A DNA stretch of 22,255 nucleotides. It comes from a virus. Its lineage: Duplodnaviria; Heunggongvirae; Uroviricota; Caudoviricetes. The translations under genes and the position numbers were made by a program. The stretch lies in IMG/VR virus record IMGVR_UViG_2648501165_000011. One strand, 5' to 3'. Shown in pieces: positions 1 to 8,134 of the stretch. Under the pieces are notes generated by a model, which was not told where the DNA came from, made no database searches, and was given only the letters and a program-made list of their open reading frames with translations. Position 1 is the first letter of the stretch; the number at the start of each line of letters is the position of its first letter.

Positions 1-714
1 CGCCAGCGTTTCTGAATCGCTGTTGGTGGCACTACTGAGCTGGACAAGGCCTTTTCGCGTCGTGCTGGCATCCTGCGCAGTATATTTTCCGTTAGCAAGA
101 TCATACGCGACCTTAACCGCTTTCGGCGTTGCAGCCAGCGTTTCAGAATCGCTGCTAGTGGCGCTACTGAGTTGAACAAAGCCTTTTTCGGTCAGCGAGG
201 CATCCGGGTGACGTCGTGACTGTTCATGCTCTTTCAGTTTGTCATCCACGTAATCCGCTGTGGCCATCACCATGGTGTTATCCACGGTAAGCGCCACAGT
301 GGCAGTGCTGGATACGGTCAGAATGGTGCGAAATGTTTGTGCACGTCCGGACCCTTCGGCAACGGTTGGCTTGTAACTTTCGGCAGTATTGCCCACCGCG
401 ATTAAATCACCGTGCTCATCAAACACACCAATTTCCCGGATCCAGAATCCGCCCGTTTCTGGAGGAATAACCAGCTCCGCAATAATGCGGTTCTGATGTG
501 TTGCGTCCAGGAAGACGCGATTAACAGTATGTCGCCACACCTCATGCACAAGACGGGTCTGCTTACTGTCTGGCGTGGGTAAAGTGCCGCCGCCGTCACC
601 CACGGCCATATGTGTCAGGCGGACAGGCTTACCATCTGGTGCGGCTGCCTGCGCTAATTTTTTTGCACCCGTATCGGTGATAACGGTTTTAAATTTTCGT
701 GTTGTGGTACTCAT
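1..714 (-). CDS. H: Tail fibre protein, N-terminal part (P2 gpH-like); ATG at 714, 3' end runs off the window start
   Basis: Manual translation of minus strand from ATG at 714 gives MSTTTRKFKTVITDTGAKKLAQAAAPDGKPVRLTHMAVGDGGG...IAELVIPPETGGFW...AESYKP...GKYTAQDA, which I recognise as the conserved N-terminal domain of P2-family tail fibres. Not in the ORF track because no stop lies in the window. Position directly downstream of I fits P2 order. Confidence 0.85.
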   Translation of the reverse strand, partial: MSTTTRKFKTVITDTGAKKLAQAAAPDGKPVRLTHMAVGDGGGTLPTPDSKQTRLVHEVWRHTVNRVFLDATHQNRIIAELVIPPETGGFWIREIGVFDEHGDLIAVGNTAESYKPTVAEGSGRAQTFRTILTVSSTATVALTVDNTMVMATADYVDDKLKEHEQSRRHPDASLTEKGFVQLSSATSSDSETLAATPKAVKVAYDLANGKYTAQDASTTRKGLVQLSSATNSDSETLA

Positions 715-716
715 GC

Positions 717-1247
717 TTAATCGCCTGGATAAATGGTAATGACTTCACCGTCATAAGTTGCCGCCGCTGCGAAAATATCCCCCGGAATTTCCTGAATGAT
801 ATTCAGCCCAGTCATGTGGCGGCTGACCGGGCGGGCATCAGCAATCAACCGCTCCATTTCCAGATACATTTCCTCCGTCACGCCACTGTCCAGCGTGCCG
901 ACTTCAACGGTAAATGTTCCCGGTTCTCCGCCGAACTCCCACCACTCAGACACACGAATGAGGTATCCCAGCGGCTCAATGGCCCGGCGCAGTGCGCTGA
1001 TGGTTCCCTTGTGTCGGTGTATCAGCCATGCATCACGAATCACCTGTCGCTTTGTCTCTTCCGGCCAGTTGCGATCCCAGCGGTCAACGGAAAATGCCCA
1101 GGCGAGATAAGGCAGCAGATGCACCGGGCAGGTGTCCGGCGACCACAGCGTGTTGAGGTCTACCGGGATGTCTGTAATGCGCGCTCCGACAGCTTCGGCA
1201 CAACGCATGAAATTGCTGGTTGATGGCGGTAACAATGAATTACTCAT
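717..1247 (-). CDS. I: Baseplate assembly protein (P2 gpI-like)
   Basis: ORF 717..1280; likely true start is ATG at 1247 (MSNSLLPP...), overlapping the J stop as ATGAGTAA. Content (LWSPDTCP, LLPYLAWAFSVDRWD, ISALRRAIEPLGY, TEEMYLEMERLIADARP) matches the gpI family from memory. Synteny J-I-H. Confidence 0.85.
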   Translation of the reverse strand: MSNSLLPPSTSNFMRCAEAVGARITDIPVDLNTLWSPDTCPVHLLPYLAWAFSVDRWDRNWPEETKRQVIRDAWLIHRHKGTISALRRAIEPLGYLIRVSEWWEFGGEPGTFTVEVGTLDSGVTEEMYLEMERLIADARPVSRHMTGLNIIQEIPGDIFAAAATYDGEVITIYPGD

Positions 1248-2136
1248 TGCGCCCACCTTCGCTGATGGTAAATGACTCACAGCGCGCCGCCTGTATGTCG
1301 CTGATGGTCATATTCTGTGTGGGTTCGATTATCTCCACGCGTTGCACACCGTGCACATGCAGTGCGGCAGCAATGGCGGACAACGCCACGTCCTGACCGA
1401 TAAGCCCCTGTTCAGCCAGCCACTTCCTGAATGACGATTCCGCTGCGGCCAGAATAGGTTCGGATTCCGGGCCGGGGTAAAAGTACAGTTTTGCATTCAG
1501 CCGCCATGTCACGATTCTGGCACTCTGTACGGTCAGGCGGTCGGCCACCGGGCGGGTATCCTCTGCATTCAGAACGGCGCGAACGGTATTAAGCAACGCC
1601 TCCGTTGCTGTGCCGTCGCCCTCAGTGGACAGGATGGAAACCGTCACGTTGGCCGGAGACGGGCTGATGGCCCGCGCATCGCGTACCAGACCGCTGGCGC
1701 TGCGTGCAAAATACTCGTATGCACCTGACGGGCCAGCAACACTCAGACCGTCATATGCCCGTTGCGCCCGTAGTCTCAGCGAGGTGTCACTTTCCATCAC
1801 TGCGTCGGTGGTATCCGTTGCCGGAGTGATAACCAGGCGCTTTGTGTTCATATTGCCCGCGAGGTTGTCCAGGTCTGTCCCGGCGCTGTGGCTTAGCATG
1901 CAGGCGCGTGCACCCTCATTGACCCGCTGGCGTAACAGCATTTCACGAAAAGACATGGTTTGAGCGATAACGTTCAGGGGTTCCGATTCCAGCTCCAGCG
2001 CGGCGGAGACGGCTTCACGCTGTTCGGCAGGATAGGACGCAATCATCATGGCCTTTGTGTCAGCCAGAATTGCCTCAAAATCAGGCTCCGCGATGATGGC
2101 GGGTTCCGGTAACTGGGAAAGGTCAACAGCAGGCAT
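1240..2136 (-). CDS. J: Baseplate assembly protein J (P2 gpJ-like)
   Basis: 298-aa ORF with hallmark stretches LESEPL, RQRVNE, SVAGPSGAYEYFARSASG, RPVADRLTVQSA, ALHVHGVQRVE typical of the gpJ/gp6-like baseplate family; position between W and I. Confidence 0.9.
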   Translation of the reverse strand: MPAVDLSQLPEPAIIAEPDFEAILADTKAMMIASYPAEQREAVSAALELESEPLNVIAQTMSFREMLLRQRVNEGARACMLSHSAGTDLDNLAGNMNTKRLVITPATDTTDAVMESDTSLRLRAQRAYDGLSVAGPSGAYEYFARSASGLVRDARAISPSPANVTVSILSTEGDGTATEALLNTVRAVLNAEDTRPVADRLTVQSARIVTWRLNAKLYFYPGPESEPILAAAESSFRKWLAEQGLIGQDVALSAIAAALHVHGVQRVEIIEPTQNMTISDIQAARCESFTISEGGRNE

Positions 2137-2139
2137 GAT

Positions 2140-2490
2140 TTACTCTCTCAGCGTGATGGTTAATTCAACATTCTGCATGGTCTGCATGACAGTGCCCGAC
2201 AGCGTCACCCCGGCGCGGCCTCCTGCCTTCCAGACAACGTCGATGGCGTCCAGGGCAATGCGGGGTTCCCATCGTGTCAGCGCAATCACGGCAGCACTCA
2301 TGCATTGCAGACGAGTTGTGTTATTCATGGGTTCGTCAATCAAATCAGGCACAAGGCTGCCATATTCCCGTCGCATAACCCGGCTTGCCAGCGGGGTGGT
2401 CAGGATGTCCCTGACTGACTGTTTCAGGTGCTCCGTATCGTTCAGGTTTCCCGTCCCGTCCGGATTCATTCCTGTGTAGCGGGTTGTCAC
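2140..2490 (-). CDS. W: Baseplate wedge protein W (GPW/gp25 family)
   Basis: 116-aa ORF starting MTTRYTGMN (first codon is GTG at 2490, overlapping the V stop as GTGA); size and position between V and J as in P2. Confidence 0.8.
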   Translation of the reverse strand: MTTRYTGMNPDGTGNLNDTEHLKQSVRDILTTPLASRVMRREYGSLVPDLIDEPMNNTTRLQCMSAAVIALTRWEPRIALDAIDVVWKAGGRAGVTLSGTVMQTMQNVELTITLRE

Positions 2491-3068
2491 TGCGGGCCTC
2501 CTGTCGAATCGCTGCCGCCTTTCACGCCACCGTGTTTATGCGTATGCACGGTAATACCGTTTGAGGTGAAGTTGCCGCCGCTGTGCGTGATATTGCCGCT
2601 CATCTTTCCCCCTTTTGTGACGTCAAGCGTCGCCGTTCTCAGAAGGTCTGTACATTCCACGACGGGCGTGTCCAGTGTCACGCTGACGGATGCCTGCAGG
2701 CTGGCTGTTTTCATGCCGCTGGCGATCAGTGCGCCTGCGTCCGCGTCGTAGCGGAACACCGCGCCATCCGGCGCGCTGACCACGATTTCTTTCAGGCTTT
2801 TGCCGGGGGCCGGACTGGCATCACTCCACAGGCTGCCAATTATCATGGCGGTTTCCGGGTTGCCGCCAATGCAGGCAATTACCACCTGTTCGCCTGGTGA
2901 TGGCGGCAGCCACACATTGAAGGCTCCCGCGCGCGTGGTGTTCCAGCGCAGCCAGCCTGTTTCCAGTTCGCCGCTGCGAACGCGCACGCGCCAGGACTTT
3001 TCATCAACTTCAGAGATGATCCCGGTGCGGATGATATTGCTCAGCAGTCGCATGAGTTCTGCGCTCAC
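2487..3068 (-). CDS. V: Baseplate spike/hub protein V (P2 gpV-like)
   Basis: 193 aa; motifs IRTGIISEVD, TGWLRW, PSPGEQVVIACIGG, KGGKMSGNITHSGG, HTHKH typical of gpV/phage_base_V. Start is GTG at 3068 preceded by GGAGG (alternative ATG at 3053). Confidence 0.85.
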   Translation of the reverse strand: MSAELMRLLSNIIRTGIISEVDEKSWRVRVRSGELETGWLRWNTTRAGAFNVWLPPSPGEQVVIACIGGNPETAMIIGSLWSDASPAPGKSLKEIVVSAPDGAVFRYDADAGALIASGMKTASLQASVSVTLDTPVVECTDLLRTATLDVTKGGKMSGNITHSGGNFTSNGITVHTHKHGGVKGGSDSTGGPQ

Positions 3069-3700
3069 CGTACAGCCTCCGCAATCCGGCCCAGCACCGT
3101 GTTATAAATCAGGCGTTCATCTGCCTGACTGATGCCCAACAGCTCACGTACCGGGTAATCGGTGAAAATGCCCGGCGCAACCTGATCGCGCTCACCGAAC
3201 TGATGAACGCGTGCAATACGTGCGGCCACGCCGCTGTAACCCACCGTCACACCGGAAGCATCTGCACGGGCTTTCAGGTAGCGGGCGGTGCGCAGTTTTA
3301 CGAACATGGGGACGCGCCTGGTGCTGTCCTGGTTGATGCGCCGGGTGCGTATTTCCAGAAAACGGTCGATGTCATCCCGGTAAAACGTGCGGATATTGTT
3401 TTTATCCTCATCCCACCCGGTAATGGTTCGCCCGTATTTCCCCGTGTCGTGATGCCAGTTTTTCAGCGTGCGTGCTTCGTTATTCCAGATAAAGCGAATG
3501 CGCTCCTGTATCCGGGTTACGCGGCGTCTGCGTGGTGTCCATGCGGTCCCGTCCGGCGCTTTCTGTGACCGGATACGTGCCTGCTGGGCGCGGCGTAAAT
3601 CCTGTGCCAGCTTTCTGGCGATGTTATTGATGGCCTGCTGATTCAGGCTGTCGCGGATAGCCTCAAAGGTTTCATCCACGCGGGTGAATGCCTTATCCAT
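3065..3700 (-). CDS. S: Virion morphogenesis / tail completion protein (P2 gpS-like)
   Basis: ORF 3065..3709; probable ATG at 3700 (MDKAFTRV...). C-terminal RIARVHQFGERDQVAPGIFTDYPVRELLGIS resembles the gpS family; position between R and V. Confidence 0.7.
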   Translation of the reverse strand: MDKAFTRVDETFEAIRDSLNQQAINNIARKLAQDLRRAQQARIRSQKAPDGTAWTPRRRRVTRIQERIRFIWNNEARTLKNWHHDTGKYGRTITGWDEDKNNIRTFYRDDIDRFLEIRTRRINQDSTRRVPMFVKLRTARYLKARADASGVTVGYSGVAARIARVHQFGERDQVAPGIFTDYPVRELLGISQADERLIYNTVLGRIAEAVR

Positions 3701-4160
3701 CGCTTTCACCCCACGTCACATCCTGGAATACATGCGACCAGTCGCCTTCGGAAGAGGGCAGACGGGGTTTTGGCTCCGGCAGGTGTTCTGCCTGCGGTGT
3801 GCCCTGACTGCTGCGCGTGATGCGAACGCGTTCCCGCAGGGGGAGCGTAAACAGGAGATCGGCGCTGTCATCGTCATTGATAACGGCGGAAAATTTGATG
3901 TCCTGATTACGCTCCGGATTGAGCAACAACTGTGGCTGATTTTCGGATAACCACGCCAGCAGCGGCAGCGTGAGGTCGTCCAGCTCTCCGGTGTAATCCA
4001 TGACAAACATCACCATCTGATAGCGGTAAACAAACGAGGGCGTTTCTCCGGTCGTTTCAATGTTGCCGCTCTCCACGAAAATGGTGAATTTTTCCGGGTT
4101 AGCCTGACACCATCGGCATGAACGGGTCATGGCTTCACGCAGGGAATCAGTTTTCAGCAT
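3693..4160 (-). CDS. R: Tail completion protein R (P2 gpR-like)
   Basis: 155 aa, MLKTDSLREAMT...LLAWLSENQP; same length and N-terminal pattern as P2 gpR from memory; sits upstream of S. Confidence 0.8.
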   Translation of the reverse strand: MLKTDSLREAMTRSCRWCQANPEKFTIFVESGNIETTGETPSFVYRYQMVMFVMDYTGELDDLTLPLLAWLSENQPQLLLNPERNQDIKFSAVINDDDSADLLFTLPLRERVRITRSSQGTPQAEHLPEPKPRLPSSEGDWSHVFQDVTWGESDG

Positions 4161-4437
4161 GGTTGTTGTCCTCGTTGTTCAGTCGTTGCAGCCTGCGCTG
4201 TTCCAGTAATTCAATGGCCCGTTTATCCGCGTTACAGGTTTCCAGTGCATCCAGAAGGCGGTCGCCCCATATACCGAGATTTCCCCATGTGGGAGTATCA
4301 GGGAAGGGGGGAGGTATTACCGGCATGGTCAGCGTCTGCGGTATAAGCCGGACTGACGGCGCTGACCGTGGCGCGTTCTGCGTGCCTGCGCAACCTGTCA
4401 GTAAAACGAGCGTCAGGCAAAGCGTGGGCGCATTCAT
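4147..4437 (-). CDS. lysC: Rz1-like outer-membrane spanin lipoprotein (LysC-like), embedded out of frame in the LysB gene
   Basis: ORF 4147..4467; from internal Met at 4437 the product begins MNAPTLCLTLVLLTGCAG, a lipoprotein signal with LTGC lipobox. Proline-rich body and embedding in the Rz-like gene are typical of Rz1/LysC. Confidence 0.7.
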   Translation of the reverse strand: MNAPTLCLTLVLLTGCAGTQNAPRSAPSVRLIPQTLTMPVIPPPFPDTPTWGNLGIWGDRLLDALETCNADKRAIELLEQRRLQRLNNEDNNHAEN

Positions 4438-4705
4438 CTTTTGCAATATCGTTGCGTAGCTGTTCACGTCTGGCCTCTCCGTCCTGATTTCGCTGTTGAT
4501 TTTCCACGCGAAGTTGCGCCAGCACCTGCTGCATATCCTGTACCCCGGCGCTGATGATATTCAGGGTGTCGACTGTACTTTTCAGGGTGCTGGCCTGTGC
4601 TTCGTTTCTGGCGTTCTCCTGGCCAAGCGACCATGACAGACGCATGGATGTTCCCCATCCGGCAATCAGAAGGAAAGCGACGCCAAGCGTTGGCCAGAGC
4701 TTCAT
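4298..4705 (-). CDS. lysB: Rz-like inner-membrane spanin (LysB-like)
   Basis: ORF 4298..4849; plausible start ATG 4705 (MKLWPTLGVAFLLIAGW...) gives an N-terminal TM helix followed by a charged, coiled-coil-like periplasmic domain. ATG overlaps the endolysin stop (ATGA). Confidence 0.7.
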   Translation of the reverse strand: MKLWPTLGVAFLLIAGWGTSMRLSWSLGQENARNEAQASTLKSTVDTLNIISAGVQDMQQVLAQLRVENQQRNQDGEARREQLRNDIAKDECAHALPDARFTDRLRRHAERATVSAVSPAYTADADHAGNTSPLP

Positions 4706-5094
4706 GCCGGATAGGCTCCGTGTGGTAACTGAAAATGCGGTCCGTCTTTCAGGGTCTTCCAGTCGCCGCCCCATTCCACCGGAATATTCAGTTCCCGGCT
4801 GGCCTGTCTGAATGCGGCTGCGATTTTTTCGTACAGCGGCCATTCCCATGACACCTGGCTGCCGATATAAGCCACAACATCCACGGCATGTCCCGTAAGG
4901 TGGCGGCTGTTCATGGTCTGGCTCTTACCTGTGGCCACAAGTTGCTTCTGGCGGTAACGGCTGCGCAACCCTTCGGTGATACCAAAATCCACTTCCGAAA
5001 TTTCCAGTGCCCGTCGGGTCACTTTCACCAGATCAGGATTTACGCCCTGCAAATTCTTTTCGCTCCGGCTGCTGAATTTAAATGTGTTGCTCAT
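4702..5094 (-). CDS. Endolysin, peptidase M15 (L-alanyl-D-glutamate peptidase / VanY-like) type
   Basis: 130 aa with HLTGHAVDV and DGPHFQ motifs characteristic of zinc-dependent M15 cell-wall peptidases; located in the lysis cassette between holin and spanins. Confidence 0.8.
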   Translation of the reverse strand: MSNTFKFSSRSEKNLQGVNPDLVKVTRRALEISEVDFGITEGLRSRYRQKQLVATGKSQTMNSRHLTGHAVDVVAYIGSQVSWEWPLYEKIAAAFRQASRELNIPVEWGGDWKTLKDGPHFQLPHGAYPA

Positions 5095-5414
5095 TCGTCC
5101 TTCTCCTTCCCCCTGCGATTAAAGGCCGCAATAACCTTGTCGCGTGCTTTCTCTGCGCCCATAAAACCGATTGATGCGCCGATAAACGTCACGGCATCTT
5201 CAGGAAACCCGAAGAAGCGCAACGACCCGGCCACGGCCATGGCAAGAACGCCGCACGCCAGCGATCCCGTTACGGTCTGAACCAGTGTTCGTCCGTCATA
5301 AAGACTCATCAGCGCGGAAATGCTGACTGCCGCGCCTACTGCATACACCGTTGGCAGGTGGTCAAAGAGCCACGCAATAACCTGCTCTGTGATCCCTGTT
5401 TGAATGGTGCTCAC
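5091..5414 (-). CDS. Holin (class I, about 3 TM segments)
   Basis: Long ORF 5091..5633 overlaps X and has an implausible Arg/Gly-rich N-terminus. A GTG at 5414 preceded by GGGGGGAG gives a 107-aa product with three hydrophobic segments and a charged C-terminal tail (RRGKEKDE); position between X and endolysin as in P2 (Y). Confidence 0.6.
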   Translation of the reverse strand: MSTIQTGITEQVIAWLFDHLPTVYAVGAAVSISALMSLYDGRTLVQTVTGSLACGVLAMAVAGSLRFFGFPEDAVTFIGASIGFMGAEKARDKVIAAFNRRGKEKDE

Positions 5415-5416
5415 TG

Positions 5417-5617
5417 CTACTCCCCCCACAACTGAATCATTTCTCGTTTCTTCTTCTCCGGCTCCGGCATCTCCACGTCCTGCCCGGCGTCCAGAAATAT
5501 CTGCTGACAGAGTCCGGGGTTGGCATCCAGCACCTTTTCGGTGACGCCCTGCGTCGTGCCGTAGTACCGGAAACAGAGCGAATCCACGGTGTCGCCTTCC
5601 AGTGCCTTCACTTTCAT
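5417..5617 (-). CDS. X: Tail protein X (LysM-like, P2 gpX-like)
   Basis: ORF 5417..5623; from ATG 5617 MKVKALEGDTVDSLCFRYYGTTQGVTEKVLDANPGL...LWGE closely matches the remembered P2 gpX pattern (FALQGDTLDAICVRYYGRTEG...). Confidence 0.85.
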   Translation of the reverse strand: MKVKALEGDTVDSLCFRYYGTTQGVTEKVLDANPGLCQQIFLDAGQDVEMPEPEKKKREMIQLWGE

Positions 5618-6110
5618 CAGCACAGCTCCGCAAAAATTCGCGGGCGGCGCAGAATGTCAGAGATGGCCCAGCTCACATCGCGCCACAAATCCGATGTCTG
5701 TATATCCAGTGCGTCCGCCCGGCGGTCGCCCTTATCCGTTGTGTCCGCATCGCGGTAACGCTCCAGAATCAGGGCGCGTGTGGCGGTATAAACGGCATTG
5801 CGCCAGTGCCAGAGATTGACGCTTTCTCCGTTAATTACGGGGGCCGGAACATCGGCCAGCGTCTGATGGCCAGCCGCCTGCTGTTCCTGCTGCCACGCTT
5901 CCAGCTCGCGGGTAACGTGTGCCACGGCCCCGGTGGCGGTATGCAGCAGGCGGGAGGTGGTCACACGGCCCGGCAGTCGTATCGCCAGACGCAGCTCACG
6001 CAGCACAATATCCGGCCAGAATGCGCCCGCTGAAATACGGGTATCACCATCATCGGTATCGGTGATGTCGTCCTCTGCGGGGCAGGGGTTGGTTCTGGCA
6101 ACCATACTCA
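5617..6110 (-). CDS. L: Head completion/stabilisation protein (P2 gpL-like)
   Basis: ORF 5617..6120 (track start is GTG); ATG at 6110 has a GGAG 8 nt upstream. Size and position between M and X match P2 L. Confidence 0.75.
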
Positions 6111-6124
6111 TGGGGTTCACTCCT

Positions 6125-6196
6125 GAAAAAATCGGGCGGTGGGTGCGCGGTGTAAACGGTCACGGAGTCAAACCGGAACACCGCGCACGCCGCCCG
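6125..6196 (-). terminator. Long imperfect GC-rich hairpin (arms 6133..6152 and 6179..6196) followed by U6 on the minus strand, between M and L
   Basis: CGGGCGGTGGGTGCGCGGTG ... CACCGCGCACGCCGCCCG with a 26-nt loop, then TTTTTT on the transcribed (minus) strand immediately before the L RBS. Confidence 0.45.
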
Positions 6197-6212
6197 CTGA
6201 CGGGGTCAGTCG

Positions 6213-7013
6213 TTAACCGCGCTTCGCCTTCTGCGTCGCGGTGGTTTTTCGTGTTGCAGGCTTCCGCGTTGTCTTTTTACTTTTGCTGCTTTCGTCCTGC
6301 GCCTGCGGTGTGCTGGCGTCTTCTGGTGCGGCTGCGGAATCGGCTTTTTTCAGGGCGCGGGAAAGGGTTGCAATCTCGCGTTTCACACCTGAGTTCGGGT
6401 TCAGGTGCATCGCTTCGCGCAGCAGCTTCAGTGATGAGGCCATGCTGTCTGCATCGGTCAGGCCACGACGGGCAAAGGCACACGCCTTGCATAATTTGGC
6501 GCGCACTTCGTCCGGCATGTCCTGGTTGGCAACAATTTCCCAAAGTGTGTCCAGTGGTTCGATAAAGGCGGATAAATCCGCGTCGGCATCCGTCCCGGCC
6601 TGCGTCAGTACCGGGTTGCAGATTTCTTCGGTCAGTACCGTGGCAGCAGTACGTCCAAAGTTATCCGGCATGATGAGGTTGTGACGGACCACATATGCAC
6701 CAATACGCAGCGCCAGCGGAAGATCGCCGCAGTCAATCGCCCACACCATCAGCGTGGCAATCACTTCATCCTGCTGCCCGCCGTCAGCCTCCAGCGTTCC
6801 CTCAATCCAGCCGGAAAAGTCCGGCAATAACTCTTTTTTGATGGCGGCTTTCGCGCTTCTGGCCTGTACGCCCTTAAGTCGGGCCTGTGCCAGACGCAGA
6901 CGATACAGCACCTCTTCATGCGCGGTACGCGCGGCGTGGTCCACGCCTTCATTCGCCCGGCCTGCGCGCTGTGCCATCACGTTCTGCCAGTGTTGCTGTG
7001 CAGGAGTAATCAT
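6213..7013 (-). CDS. M: Terminase small (endonuclease) subunit (P2 gpM-like)
   Basis: 266 aa; MITPAQQHW..., KKELLPDF, MPDEVRAKL, GVKREI match the gpM family from memory; basic Lys/Thr/Arg-rich C-terminal tail. Confidence 0.85.
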   Translation of the reverse strand: MITPAQQHWQNVMAQRAGRANEGVDHAARTAHEEVLYRLRLAQARLKGVQARSAKAAIKKELLPDFSGWIEGTLEADGGQQDEVIATLMVWAIDCGDLPLALRIGAYVVRHNLIMPDNFGRTAATVLTEEICNPVLTQAGTDADADLSAFIEPLDTLWEIVANQDMPDEVRAKLCKACAFARRGLTDADSMASSLKLLREAMHLNPNSGVKREIATLSRALKKADSAAAPEDASTPQAQDESSKSKKTTRKPATRKTTATQKAKRG

Positions 7014-7058
7014 TTTTTCTCTCCGTTACAGGCGGGCATGATGCCCGCCGTGAGTTGA

Positions 7059-8111
7059 TTAGCTGTCGGCGAACTTCAGGCCAGTGACCATCGCGCACTT
7101 GCCATAGTCTTCAACGACATAAGCGTCATTGATGGACTGGTAGGTGGCGATGCGGTTGTATTCCGGCTCGTCTTTCATCAGGCGACGCATTGTTCCTTTC
7201 TGCCAGTAAATCGACAGGTTGTTGAACGAGGTGATCAGCATCGTTGAATCCGGGAAGAACGGCGCAAGGAATACATCCAGTCCGCCAATGGCGCGCGATG
7301 ACAGGATGAGCTGTCCGGCAAGTAATTCCGCATTGGGATTCTGGCCGCTGATGCTGTTCAGCACGGGCAGACGCAGCGAGTTAAACAGGTTGCGCCCCAT
7401 AATCACCACGAGGTCGTCAGCTTCCTTGTGCCATTCATCCAGCAGGGATGAGCGCGCGTCCTGTACCAGTGCATCAGCGTTCGCATACTTACCCGCGTGC
7501 GCCACGGTGTTGTCCATGTTGCGGGAGGTCAGCGTCACGTCATTCATTACGCGCTCGCTGGCGTCGGTTCTGATGTGCTCCAGCCATCCCACGTTAACGT
7601 CCTGAAGCAGCTTGTTGGTGCTGAAGTTGGACTCATCTGCGTGAGACGTGCCGTTGAAACCGATCATGATGCGGTCAAGCGCCACCTGCCGGGCAATCTG
7701 TGTGCTGACGCGTGACTGAAAATCAGGGTGTGCCGCCCAGGCATCAAGCTGCGGATACGAAATAAACGTGTCGTAGTTCACCTGTTCGCACTGATATTTG
7801 CGGTTTTTCAGATCAACCACGTTATTCGGGTTACGGCGTTTTGTGCCGTCATAACTGGTATTCGTGCGCGCAATCGGCCCGGTGGTGTCCAGGAGGATTT
7901 TTTCGCCTTTCTGGTCGGTCACACCGAACACGTTAATTTTTTTTGTAAATTCAGTGCTCTCCTTTACTGCGTTTTCAAAACGCTGCTGCACCGAGGGTTC
8001 CACGGTAAATCGCGATACCAGTGCAGATACCGGGATGTTGTTAAGCGACGCCTGCTGCGCCATATAGCAACCCAGCTTGTTGCGGGTAATATCTGACATC
8101 ACCAGATTCAT
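7059..8111 (-). CDS. N: Major capsid protein (P2 gpN-like)
   Basis: 350 aa; FTVEPSV, GFNGT, LLQDVNVGWL, DLVVIMGR, MLITSFNNLSIYWQ, YVVEDYG are family hallmarks; ATG 8111 with GGAG upstream (alternative ATG 8099). Confidence 0.9.
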   Translation of the reverse strand: MNLVMSDITRNKLGCYMAQQASLNNIPVSALVSRFTVEPSVQQRFENAVKESTEFTKKINVFGVTDQKGEKILLDTTGPIARTNTSYDGTKRRNPNNVVDLKNRKYQCEQVNYDTFISYPQLDAWAAHPDFQSRVSTQIARQVALDRIMIGFNGTSHADESNFSTNKLLQDVNVGWLEHIRTDASERVMNDVTLTSRNMDNTVAHAGKYANADALVQDARSSLLDEWHKEADDLVVIMGRNLFNSLRLPVLNSISGQNPNAELLAGQLILSSRAIGGLDVFLAPFFPDSTMLITSFNNLSIYWQKGTMRRLMKDEPEYNRIATYQSINDAYVVEDYGKCAMVTGLKFADS

Positions 8112-8134
8112 AAAAAATTTGCTCCTTTGTCTTA

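Noticed and set aside
699-1223. 174-aa and 104-aa plus-strand ORFs opposite gene I
   Set aside because: Antisense shadow frames of the baseplate gene; no independent support.
5933-6565. 210-aa plus-strand ORF overlapping L and M
   Set aside because: Antisense to two syntenic, motif-supported late genes; Arg/Ser-rich shadow frame.
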